A stretch of 64,000 nucleotides of DNA from Sumerlaeia bacterium (lineage in GTDB: Bacteria; Sumerlaeota; Sumerlaeia; SLMS01; JAHLLQ01), in the NCBI GenBank assembly GCA_040219255.1, contig JAVJSW010000046.1, forward strand, positions 128,001 through 192,000. The letters run 5' to 3'. Each line of letters opens with the position of its first letter. Positions within the stretch are counted from its first letter, which is position 1. The notes below the pieces were generated by a model. The model saw only the letters and a list, made by a program, of their open reading frames with translations. It did no database searches and was not told the DNA's origin. The position numbers and the translations under genes were made by a program. Of the stretch, positions 18,030 to 26,881 are shown piece after piece.

Positions 18030-19572
18030 TAAACTCCGCCAGCATCGCCAGGCTCGCCCCATAAATGCACGCATTGCGTTCCAGCGCCGCCACGGTGATT
18101 TGTTCGTTGGGCTGGTGGGCCATCTCGTCTTCGTCGGGCGTCAAGACGGGGCCGAAGGCGCAGCAGTTGGGGATGGCTTTCGAGTAGGTGGTGCCGGCGG
18201 TGGAGCGCAGTTCGCAGGGCCGGCCGGTGACGGCTTCGAAGCCGGCGCGCAGGGCCGCGAAGTAGCCCGCGATGGCTGGGTTCTCGGGGTCGAGGAAGAT
18301 CGCTTCCTTGACCTCGCCCTTGGCGCGGGCGCTCACCTTCATGCGCGAGGCGGAGGCCAGTTGGTCGGCGGCGGCGCGCGATTGCTCCAACACCTTGTTG
18401 GTCGTCATGCCCATGGTCGGCCGGATGTTCACCGAGGCCCGGCCGGTGTTCGGGCGGATGTCCACGATGGAGAGGTTCACCGACGTGCCGCCGATGAAGT
18501 CGTGGTGCGCGTCAATCCCGAGAGCTTCGCCGTTCATGTCCTGACAGAGGAAGTAGAGAAACGCCGCGAAATGGCGGACGCCTTCGGGGAACGTCTCGAT
18601 GTCTTTGACGAAATCGAAGGCGTCGAGGATGGCGTTGTGGCCTTTGCGCGGGGTCGAGGCGTGGGCCGCTTTGCCGATGAAGGAAATCGTCAGTTCGTAG
18701 AGTTCCGCCTCCGGATTGCGGGCTTTGCTGGGCAGGACGGTGACGTTGGACTTCTGATTGTCTTCGGCGGTATAGCGGGTCGTTTCGCGGATCAGCTCCT
18801 TGGTCAGCTCTTTCTCCGCTTCGCGAGGAAAACGGATGCCGATTTCGGTGCGGCTGGGCACGATGTTGTCGCGTTCACCGCCGGCGATGCGGGTGAATTC
18901 CAGCCCCGTTTCGGCGTGGGTGGCGGGCGAGTCCCATTCCGCTTCGAAGAGCACCGTCACCATGCCCTTCTCGCCGTTGATGATCGGGAAATCGGCGTCC
19001 GGCGTGAAGGCGAAGTCGGGTTTCCGGGAGGTCTCGAAGTAGGCGAGCATATCGCTCCAGTTGCCCGTTTCCTCCAGTGTCCCGATGACGATGGCGACGT
19101 CACAGGGCAGCTCGATCCCGCACTCCTTCACAGCCCAGAGGCCGTAGAGCGACTGCATCAGGGGGCCCTTGTCGTCCTGGGTGCCGCGCGCGATCAGCAC
19201 GCCGTCGACAATTTCCGCGGCGAAGGGTGGCGAGGACCAATCGCCCACCGGCGTAACGACGTCGATGTGGCTGGCGACGACCACGAGCGGGGCGTTTTCT
19301 TTGTCGCTCTTCCAGAGAATTTCCCCCACCAGCCCGGCGCCGTGGATGTCGCCGGTGACGCGGAACCGGAAGCCCATGCGGGTGGACAGCTCGCCCAGCC
19401 ATTCAAGGCACTTGGGGATTTCCGTTTCATACTCCGCCTGCTGCTCCGGCGAACCGCCGCTGACGGTGCGAAAGCGCAGCAGCTTCTGGGTGTCGGCGAT
19501 CAGGTCCTGGCGGTGGGTGGCGATGAAGTCGGTAATTTTGAGGGCAGTGGCCTGGGCGGTCGAAGTAGTCAC
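18025..19572 (-). CDS. M20 family metallo-dipeptidase (PepV/Sapep-like)
   Basis: SHIDVV, ARGTQDDKGP, GTLEETG, FTPDADFPIINGEKG, GKAAHASTP, AFGP, AHQPNE. Confidence 0.9.
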   Translation of the reverse strand: MTTSTAQATALKITDFIATHRQDLIADTQKLLRFRTVSGGSPEQQAEYETEIPKCLEWLGELSTRMGFRFRVTGDIHGAGLVGEILWKSDKENAPLVVVASHIDVVTPVGDWSSPPFAAEIVDGVLIARGTQDDKGPLMQSLYGLWAVKECGIELPCDVAIVIGTLEETGNWSDMLAYFETSRKPDFAFTPDADFPIINGEKGMVTVLFEAEWDSPATHAETGLEFTRIAGGERDNIVPSRTEIGIRFPREAEKELTKELIRETTRYTAEDNQKSNVTVLPSKARNPEAELYELTISFIGKAAHASTPRKGHNAILDAFDFVKDIETFPEGVRHFAAFLYFLCQDMNGEALGIDAHHDFIGGTSVNLSIVDIRPNTGRASVNIRPTMGMTTNKVLEQSRAAADQLASASRMKVSARAKGEVKEAIFLDPENPAIAGYFAALRAGFEAVTGRPCELRSTAGTTYSKAIPNCCAFGPVLTPDEDEMAHQPNEQITVAALERNACIYGASLAMLAEFI

Positions 19573-19661
19573 GGGAGAATCCTTTGGCGTGTTATTGAGA
19601 GGGAGACTATACGAGATGGCTGGGGGGAACAAGGGCCTAAGGGCGGTTAAACCCGTGGGTT

Positions 19662-20372
19662 TTAACGGTCCGCTTCGCCGGTGTCGAAGAGGGCGGTGCC
19701 GACGCGGACGATGGTGGCGCCTTCCTCGATGGCGACTTCGAAATCGCCGGTCATGCCCATAGAGAGGGCCGGGAGAGCGAGGCCCGACTCGTCCTGAAGC
19801 CGGTCGCGCAACTCGCGCAGTTGGCGAAAAACGGGCCGGACTTCCTCCGGATCGTCCACATAGGGCGCCATCGTCATCAGCCCGGCGAGGCGAAGCGATT
19901 CCCGCGACGCCACATCCCGCACGAACGCGGCGGCGTCGGCGGCGGAAACACCGGCCTTCTGATCTTCACCGGAGATGTTGATCTGGGCATAGACTTCGGC
20001 CATTTCGCCCTGCTTCGCATAGGCTTTGTTCAGGGCCTCCGCCACATCGGGCCGGTCGACAGAGTGAACGGTGTGAAAGAGACCCGGGAGGTACTTGGCT
20101 TTGTTGGTCTGGAGGCGGCCGATCAGATGCCAGCGGATGCCGGAGGGCAGGTCCGGGATTCGGTCGCGGCCGTCCTGGACGCGGCTCTCGGCAAACTCAC
20201 GGAGGCCGAGATCGTAAAGGGTTCGGACGTGTTCGATGGGGCGGTACTTGGACACGGCAAGGAGCGTGACCTCGGCGGGGTCGCGTCCGGCCTGTTCACA
20301 GGCGCGGGCGATGCGCCGTTGGATGGATTGCAGATTGTCCGCGAGGCGCTCCGCAACAGTGCTGGGGGTCAT
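19662..20372 (-). CDS. yggS: YggS family PLP homeostasis protein
   Basis: LLAVSK, WHLIGRLQTNKAK, GLMTMAP, LSMGMTGDFEVAIEEGATIVRVGTALF. Confidence 0.95.
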   Translation of the reverse strand: MTPSTVAERLADNLQSIQRRIARACEQAGRDPAEVTLLAVSKYRPIEHVRTLYDLGLREFAESRVQDGRDRIPDLPSGIRWHLIGRLQTNKAKYLPGLFHTVHSVDRPDVAEALNKAYAKQGEMAEVYAQINISGEDQKAGVSAADAAAFVRDVASRESLRLAGLMTMAPYVDDPEEVRPVFRQLRELRDRLQDESGLALPALSMGMTGDFEVAIEEGATIVRVGTALFDTGEADR

Positions 20373-21004
20373 TGGGACTCCGGGCCACGAGAGGGAGCAT
20401 TGCGGCTGCGGCATTCGTCGCAGATGCCGCCGGGCAGGGGCACCATGCAGACGGTCTTGCACTGACTGCAGACGTAGCGCTTGCTGTAAGTTTTCTTCTG
20501 CTGGCCGTTTCGCAGGTTGTGGAACTCGCGGAACATGACGGTCGCGGTTTCCTTCAGGTTGTCTTCCCAGATGCCGAAGATGTTGGGGGCGACCAGGTAG
20601 GGGTATTTTTTCTTGAAGACCTCGAGCTTGTTGGCGGCGGTGTTGACGTGGCTGAGGATATCGGACAACTCGTCGAAGACGAGCTTGTCGTCGTCCTTCA
20701 TGGTCATCGAGGGCTTCTTGCAGATTTCCTCGTACTTGCGTCGTCGCTCGTCCTTATCGGCCTTTTCCTCGGCGGTGAGGGGGCGCTGGGGCGTGGGCAG
20801 GGCGGCCTGGGGTTTGGATGGCGCTTTGGCGGGTTCGGGTTGGGGAGCAGGCTGTTTGGCGGCGGGTTCCGGTTCCGCGTCCGGTTCGGCGGTGGAGAGT
20901 TCCTCCAGCGCCTTCGTCCAGTCCACCGGCCCTTCGTCGCCGAGGCGAATTTCATACTTGTTGGCGGTGGTTTCGGGTTCTTGATCGGGGTCCATGGCTG
21001 ACAT
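20369..21004 (-). CDS. Hypothetical protein with Pro-rich linker and C-terminal zinc ribbon
   Basis: Host-like codon usage; 4-bp stop/start overlap with yggS; CSQC..CDEC. Confidence 0.7.
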   Translation of the reverse strand: MSAMDPDQEPETTANKYEIRLGDEGPVDWTKALEELSTAEPDAEPEPAAKQPAPQPEPAKAPSKPQAALPTPQRPLTAEEKADKDERRRKYEEICKKPSMTMKDDDKLVFDELSDILSHVNTAANKLEVFKKKYPYLVAPNIFGIWEDNLKETATVMFREFHNLRNGQQKKTYSKRYVCSQCKTVCMVPLPGGICDECRSRNAPSRGPESQ

Positions 21005-21084
21005 AGGGGCGCTGGCAATCCTTCCGGCCGTTTGTTACAAAACAACTAACATCGACCGGGCCAAGATGGGAACGGTTTTTTCGC

Positions 21085-21654
21085 TTACCGGCCAAGTCCG
21101 AGGAGTCGGTCGAGCGTAATCGCCGCCGCGGCCCGCACCGAAAGGTGGTTCCAGTCGGTCGGTCCGTTGATCGGTTCCAGGACGTAATCGACTTCCTGCA
21201 TGACTTCCGGGTGCAGACCGTACCCGGTGCCGAAGAGGATACAGTAGACTTTCCCGGAGTCGGGCGCTTCGAGCCACTGGCGCATGGTCGAGAAGGGAAT
21301 GCGCTGCTTGCCCTGGCGGGCGCTGGTGGCGACGAAGAGGACCTCGTGCCCGGGGTAGAGGGCTTCCATGCGGCGGGCCACCTCGCCGAGATCGCTGACG
21401 ACGACGGCGCCTTCGAGGGCCTGTTTGCGGGTGGGGTTGTAGGCCGCGCCCCAGCCCTCGCGCCAGTGGCTCATGACGCGTTCGACATAGCGCTGCATAC
21501 CTTCGAAGGGATGAACCAGCCAGTAGCCTTCCACCCCGTAGGTGCGGCCCGCGCGAGCCAGATCGTGTAGATCCAGGTTGGTCACGGAGGTGGCGGTGAC
21601 GGCGCCTTGCTTATCGACGGTGGGGAAGTGAACGAGAGCGATGTGAAGGGGCAT
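21085..21654 (-). CDS. SPOUT-class RNA methyltransferase (DUF2168/Methyltrn_RNA_4-like)
   Basis: IALVHFP, TSVTNLDLHDLAR..TYG, YNPTRK.AL, ILFGTGYGL, NHLSVRAAAAITLDRLLG. Confidence 0.88.
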   Translation of the reverse strand: MPLHIALVHFPTVDKQGAVTATSVTNLDLHDLARAGRTYGVEGYWLVHPFEGMQRYVERVMSHWREGWGAAYNPTRKQALEGAVVVSDLGEVARRMEALYPGHEVLFVATSARQGKQRIPFSTMRQWLEAPDSGKVYCILFGTGYGLHPEVMQEVDYVLEPINGPTDWNHLSVRAAAAITLDRLLGLGR

Positions 21655-21671
21655 TGGAGGGGGCCGGGTCC

Positions 21672-22016
21672 TTATCCGTCTTGCGGTTCGCCGGGAAGGA
21701 CGATGCGGCGTTTTTTCGGGGTGGCGGCCCCGGTGTCGAGGCTTTCCGGCGTGGCTTCCGCCGGATCGGTGTAGGGCGCCAGGGCTTGCGCCAGCGCGCC
21801 GATGGATTCGGAGAGGAGGCGCTGCTCCTCGGGTTCGAGGTTGCCGCGGGTTTTCCGCTCCAGGATCCGGAGGAGGCTCAATTCGTGGCGCGCCACCGCG
21901 GGATTGGGTTCGCGGGGCTCGCCAGTCATCGGATCGGGAATCAATCCGAGGTTCAGAAGCGCCTGAATCTGATGGATTTGCAGGATGGAAACGAAGGTCG
22001 GGGGAGGGATATTCAT
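21672..22016 (-). CDS. DUF1844 family protein
   Basis: ALLNLGLIPDPMTG, L.ILERKTRGNLEPEE. Confidence 0.85.
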   Translation of the reverse strand: MNIPPPTFVSILQIHQIQALLNLGLIPDPMTGEPREPNPAVARHELSLLRILERKTRGNLEPEEQRLLSESIGALAQALAPYTDPAEATPESLDTGAATPKKRRIVLPGEPQDG

Positions 22017-22073
22017 AAGCCGTTTTGAGGAGAAGGTGGGGGAGAGGGTTGTGGGCGAAGACTGGGAAGGCGG

Positions 22074-22538
22074 TCAGGTGATGCCCTCGGGCGGGGGTTC
22101 GGGTTCGTCGAAGCGGGGCGTGGGAATGGGCTGGCGGTCGCTCTCGCCGGGGTCTTGCGGGGTGCGGTCATGGAGAAAGCGAAGAGCATCGACGGTGGCT
22201 TGGGCACGGGACCGGGAGTAGGAGTCGGCGATGTCGCGCACGTCCCGCAAGGCGATCAGAAGCAGCCAGATCAGCAGAATGAAGCAAACACCGATGAAGG
22301 CCATCTGATGCCGCGGTTCGGGGAACGGAAGGATGTGAAGCAGGTCATAGCCAAGGGCGAGAAGAACGAGCACGACGAGGCCCAGGGTGCGCCGGCGAAA
22401 GCGCCGAAGTTCCGGCTTGGCGGCCTCCAGGTCCTCGCCGTGATGGCGCAACGCCTCGCGCAGGCTCAGGATCTCGCGGATCCAGAAACCCGTCAGGGTT
22501 GCGAGAAAGAGCGGCCAGACGATGAGACGAATCCACAC
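22074..22538 (-). CDS. Hypothetical membrane protein (3 TM); start uncertain
   Basis: Three hydrophobic segments, RRFRRR before TM2; co-oriented with the downstream operon. Confidence 0.65.
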   Translation of the reverse strand: MWIRLIVWPLFLATLTGFWIREILSLREALRHHGEDLEAAKPELRRFRRRTLGLVVLVLLALGYDLLHILPFPEPRHQMAFIGVCFILLIWLLLIALRDVRDIADSYSRSRAQATVDALRFLHDRTPQDPGESDRQPIPTPRFDEPEPPPEGIT

Positions 22539-22630
22539 GGGGCGGGGAGGCTCCGGAACAAGGCATTGGTGGCGGGAGACGCTTTTCTCTCGCAACCGGT
22601 TCGGGGGAAGTCTAAATAGAGTGGCCTCGC

Positions 22631-24046
22631 TTGGCAACCCATCCCATAGCCCGACCGGCCAGAGGACGTCTGAATTTGCCCGCCGTTCCCCCGGAGAGTC
22701 TGCGCCCCTTCCTGTCGGCCCTGAGCCACCTGGGCTGGGGCATCAAGAAGTTCGCGAAACCCGAACCGGTGCGGGCCAAGGGCAAATCGCTGGTGGCCCG
22801 CACGTGGTGGGTGGCGCTGCCGCTGCCCAACGGAGAGGCGCTTGTTTGCGCCGCCTTGCCCGCGGACCTGGAGGGGCAAGGCCAGCACTTCAACGCTTTT
22901 GAAGATCAAACGCGGCAGTACCGCGAAATCGGCGAAGGCCTGCGCGCCGAAGGCATCGCCGGCCGCTATCTTCTCATGATGGGAGAAAATGGCGCCTTCT
23001 CCCTGGCCGACTGGCGCGACGACGAGGTGCTTCTGGTGACGCGCACCCGCGGCGAGCGCGACGACCGCCTGCTGCCGCTCCTGAACATGCAGGCCCTGGC
23101 GCGCAACACGCTGGCGTCCTACCCGCGCAAATCCATCCGCCAGCACGCGCAGGAACTGCAAAGCTGGGTGAACATCTGGAGCGCCCGGCTTGGCTCGGAA
23201 AGCCAAAGCACGCAAGGGATGATCTGGCGCTTTTTCGACGCCTTGCTGACAGCCCGGATGGCGGAACGCTATGGCTTCGGCGGGGGCGAGGAGAGCTTCG
23301 AATCGATGGCCTTCTCCGGTGCCACCGCCAAAGACCTGGTGCGGCGATTGAATCGGCGGTTCGAGACCTTGGCCCGGCAGAACAATCTGCTGCAGAACGC
23401 GACGCTCTCGTCCCTGACGCAACTGACCGAACTCCTCGGGGCGCGGGCGCCGTTGACGGAATGCGTGCGGAGTTTCGCGCTGCTCAGCCGCGCCAAGTTC
23501 CGGCCGGAGGTCCTGGCGGAAGCCTTCGCCGACCCGGAACTGCGCCTGCTTTCCTGGCGAGCCAGTGTCATCGCGCCGCCGCTGGCACCGGGCGAGGGCG
23601 AGCTGGCGCCGGGGCACTGGCTGACCCATGAGCTGGACGTGGTTCTCGACGAAGTGGGAACCTTGGTGATGCTCGGCTGGTTCGACGAACTGGCGGAGGC
23701 GTTGGCCCAGCACGCGCGGGGTCAGGAAACGGCGCTGGAGCGGGGCGAACGGCCAGGGTTCCAGCTCGACCTGCTGGGCGACGCGCCGGAGCAGGACCTG
23801 GAACTGAAAACCGTCGTGCGGCACATCGCCGGTCAGGTGCTGAGCGTGCGGACCTGCTACGCCGAGCGCGGCTGGCTGGCGCGGATGCTTCTGGCGGGCA
23901 AGGCGTGCGAGTGGACGCGGCGGCTCGATGTTTCGCTGGGGGCGTTGCCTCAACTGCGGGTGCGCATAGAAAAACCGCCCGCTCAGGAGGCCGAACTGGC
24001 TCCCCCGCGGGCGGTCGATTTCGAGGCGGCTTATCAGGCGAACTGA
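22631..24046 (+). CDS. Hypothetical protein, possibly a degenerate type IIG/Eco57I-like methyltransferase fold
   Basis: 471-aa ORF with host-like codon usage; distant pattern similarity described in findings. Confidence 0.65.
   Translation: MATHPIARPARGRLNLPAVPPESLRPFLSALSHLGWGIKKFAKPEPVRAKGKSLVARTWWVALPLPNGEALVCAALPADLEGQGQHFNAFEDQTRQYREIGEGLRAEGIAGRYLLMMGENGAFSLADWRDDEVLLVTRTRGERDDRLLPLLNMQALARNTLASYPRKSIRQHAQELQSWVNIWSARLGSESQSTQGMIWRFFDALLTARMAERYGFGGGEESFESMAFSGATAKDLVRRLNRRFETLARQNNLLQNATLSSLTQLTELLGARAPLTECVRSFALLSRAKFRPEVLAEAFADPELRLLSWRASVIAPPLAPGEGELAPGHWLTHELDVVLDEVGTLVMLGWFDELAEALAQHARGQETALERGERPGFQLDLLGDAPEQDLELKTVVRHIAGQVLSVRTCYAERGWLARMLLAGKACEWTRRLDVSLGALPQLRVRIEKPPAQEAELAPPRAVDFEAAYQAN
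23970..24015 (-). terminator. Probable intrinsic terminator of rpsA, overlapping the 3' end of the convergent ORF
   Basis: ACCGCCCGC...GCGGGCGGT stem with a plus-strand A-run, giving a U-tract on the minus strand. Confidence 0.55.
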
Positions 24047-24059
24047 GGCGGACTACGAA

Positions 24060-25991
24060 TTAGTCCTTGTTCGCCTTTTTCTGGGCTTGCTGGATCATTT
24101 CGCCGAGGTTCAGGCCGGTGCCTTCCGATTCTTTCTCCGCCTGCTTCATGTAGGCTTTGATGTTCTCGCGTTCGGCATGCTTGATGGCGGCTTTGCGCGA
24201 CAGGCTGATCTTGCCCTTCTTCTTCTCGATCTTGGTGATCTTGACCTGGACTTCCTCACCCACGGTCAGGACCTTCTCCGGCAGCTCGACGCGCTTCTCG
24301 TCGATCTGGCTGATGTGGATCAATCCTTCGACGCCAGGGGTCAGCTCCACGAACGCGCCGAAGGGCGCGAAGCGGGTCACTTTGCCGGTGACGACCGAGC
24401 CTTCCGGATGATCGTCCAGGTAGGCGGAGATCGGCGACTTGGTCATCTGCTTGACGCCAAGGCTGATCCGCCGGGCCTTCATGTCCACAGCGAGGACCTT
24501 GGCTTCGACTTCCTGGCCCACCTTAAGAATTTCCTTCGGGTGGTTGATGTGCGTGTCCCAGGACAGGTGCGAGACGTGCACCATGCCTTCGACGTACTCG
24601 TCGAGGCGGACGAAGGCACCGTAGTTCGTCAGCGAGGTGACCTCGCCCTTTACGACGCTGCCCTTGGGGAACTTCTCGTTCACCTTTTCCCACGGATCGC
24701 CCATGATCTGCTTCAGGCCAAGCGACATGCGGCGCCGTTCGTGGTCGAGTTCGAGGACCTGCGAAGTCACCGTTTCGCCGATGGCGACGAAGTCGTGAGG
24801 CTTCTTGCTGCCCGGGGCCCAGCTCATGTCCGAGGCGTGGATCATGCCGGTGACGCCCTCTTCGAGGTGAACGAAGGCGCCGTAGCTCTGGATGGCGATG
24901 ACTTCGCCCTGGACGATGGCGCCGATGGGATAGCGGCCGTCGATGTCTTCCCACGGGTCGGTGGAGAGGCGCTTGCGCGACAGGGTGACTTTGCCCTGAT
25001 CCATGTCGATCTTGATGATCTTGAACTCGCACTCCATCCCCTTCTTGAGGATGTCGGAGGGCGGGGTGCCGCGATCGTAGGAGATTTCCTCACGTGGCAC
25101 GAACCCGTCGATCACGCCGAGGTCGATGAACGCGCCGAAGTCCACCGTGTTCTTCACCTTGCCCATGATCATCTGATCGACGGCGAGGCCGGAGAGGAAC
25201 TCTTGGCGTTTGGATTCACGCTTCTCGAAGAGCATGCGGCGGCGCGAGAGGACGGCGCGCTTGCGGCGCGGGTCGAACTCGATGACGAGCGCTTCGATTT
25301 CCTGGCCCACAAGGCTGTTCAGGTCCGGGATCTTGAACAGGTCCACCTGGCTGGCCGGCATGAAAGCGGGCAATCCGATATCCACCATGAGGCCGCCCTT
25401 GACCGTCTGGGTGATGAGACCCTTGACCGAACGTCCCTCTTCCTTGGCGAGGCGAATGGCGTCCTCGCTTTCGCGGACGCGGGCTTCGCGGTGCGAGAGG
25501 CGGGGAGTGCCATCGGCCGAGCGGCCCACATGGACAGCTTTGATGACATCGCCGATTTTGACGTTGGGCTGGCCGTCGATCTGGGGGAAATCGCTGGCGG
25601 GAATGCGAGCCTCCGCCTTGCCGCCGAAGTCCACCAGGACCACGTCGGAGGAGACGGAAACGACCGGCACCTCGATGATTTCGCCGCGGGGCGCCTCCTC
25701 CGCCGCACCGGGCAGGTGCATGTCGAGCAGTTGGTCGAACTGCTCGATTTCGGATTGGAGGTCGGCCTCGTCGTCTTCCTCGTCCTCGGGGTTGGCGGGA
25801 TACTCCTCGGCGGGAGAGGGGGCCGCGGGTGAGGGCGAGGGCTGGGCGGCGGCTTGGGGTGCGGCGTTGCCTTCAGGCCCCGGGGTCTGCGCGGTGTCTT
25901 GAGCCTGGTCTTCGACGGCGGACGTGATGCCGGCGTCGTTGACCTCTTGGGGCTCTTGCTCGCCCTGGGGGTGGCTCGGTTCAGGGTTCAT
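24060..25991 (-). CDS. rpsA: 30S ribosomal protein S1 with acidic N-terminal extension
   Basis: Six S1 repeats (KGGLMVDI, DFGAFIDLG, SYGAFV, NYGAFV, PFGAFVEL; SLGLKQ/SLGVKQ). Confidence 0.96.
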   Translation of the reverse strand: MNPEPSHPQGEQEPQEVNDAGITSAVEDQAQDTAQTPGPEGNAAPQAAAQPSPSPAAPSPAEEYPANPEDEEDDEADLQSEIEQFDQLLDMHLPGAAEEAPRGEIIEVPVVSVSSDVVLVDFGGKAEARIPASDFPQIDGQPNVKIGDVIKAVHVGRSADGTPRLSHREARVRESEDAIRLAKEEGRSVKGLITQTVKGGLMVDIGLPAFMPASQVDLFKIPDLNSLVGQEIEALVIEFDPRRKRAVLSRRRMLFEKRESKRQEFLSGLAVDQMIMGKVKNTVDFGAFIDLGVIDGFVPREEISYDRGTPPSDILKKGMECEFKIIKIDMDQGKVTLSRKRLSTDPWEDIDGRYPIGAIVQGEVIAIQSYGAFVHLEEGVTGMIHASDMSWAPGSKKPHDFVAIGETVTSQVLELDHERRRMSLGLKQIMGDPWEKVNEKFPKGSVVKGEVTSLTNYGAFVRLDEYVEGMVHVSHLSWDTHINHPKEILKVGQEVEAKVLAVDMKARRISLGVKQMTKSPISAYLDDHPEGSVVTGKVTRFAPFGAFVELTPGVEGLIHISQIDEKRVELPEKVLTVGEEVQVKITKIEKKKGKISLSRKAAIKHAERENIKAYMKQAEKESEGTGLNLGEMIQQAQKKANKD

Positions 25992-26083
25992 GGTGAAGCG
26001 GATCTCCTGATGTCTTCCTCAAAAAAAAATGTCTGCGGGATTCGAAGGACGCGTCCACAGGCGCGCATGCGGACGCCCCGGAA

Positions 26084-26782
26084 TCATAGCGCGGAAAGCC
26101 TGGAAAGCATTTCGTCAGCCAAAGCGCGATACAAGGACTTTTTTTCAGCCGGTAACCCCTGCAAATCATTTACCCGGAAGGGCTTTCCGATCGTTACGCT
26201 GATCTTGGCGGGGCGCGGGACCGCGGCGCCCTTCGGCAGAGCCTTCTCGCTGCCCCGGATTCGCACCGGAACGATCGTCGTCTCAGGGTTCGACAGCGCC
26301 AGCATGGCCACGCCCGGGGTGAATTCCCGGATCGTCACGCCATCGCCCCGCGTGCCTTCGGGAAAAATCAAGACGCCTTGGCCCTGATCCAGATAGTTCA
26401 TCGCGCGGCGCATCGCCGCCCGGTCTGCACCGCCGCGCTTCACCGGAAAGGCCCCGATGCCGCCCAGAAAATGGCCGAACAGGTTGTCCTTGTCGTCCTT
26501 GCCGAAAAGTTCGCGCTTCGCCATATAGCGGATGAAACGGCGGATGCGCGTCCCCACCAGCGGCGGGTCGTAAAGACTCAGGTGGTTCGCGTAGAGCAGC
26601 ACCGGCCCTTCCTTCGGGACGTTTTCCGCCCCGGTGGTCGAGCAGCGATTGTAGAGATTGTAGAGCAGCCACGCGACGGACTTGGTCAGCGCCGCGCAGA
26701 CCCGGCCGCGAAGGCTGAGAAACTGGCGGTTGTAGGGATCATCGACAGGAGCCGGGATGGCGGTGGCGGGTTCTTCGGCCAT
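26084..26782 (-). CDS. plsC: 1-acyl-sn-glycerol-3-phosphate acyltransferase
   Basis: NHLSLYD (HX4D), YMAKRELF, FPVKRG, IFPEGTR. Confidence 0.9.
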   Translation of the reverse strand: MAEEPATAIPAPVDDPYNRQFLSLRGRVCAALTKSVAWLLYNLYNRCSTTGAENVPKEGPVLLYANHLSLYDPPLVGTRIRRFIRYMAKRELFGKDDKDNLFGHFLGGIGAFPVKRGGADRAAMRRAMNYLDQGQGVLIFPEGTRGDGVTIREFTPGVAMLALSNPETTIVPVRIRGSEKALPKGAAVPRPAKISVTIGKPFRVNDLQGLPAEKKSLYRALADEMLSRLSAL

Positions 26783-26881
26783 GAGTCGCTTCTCGTCGTG
26801 GAGCACGGGAGGTGGGATCGGCTTCCCCTCTGCGGGGAGGGACTCTTGGCCCAAGATCACGGGGCGGCGCAAGAGCTGTCG

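Noticed and set aside
17541-18040. Classical IS element
   Set aside because: No DDE, HUH or serine/tyrosine recombinase ORF and no target-site duplication; reported instead as a candidate novel element
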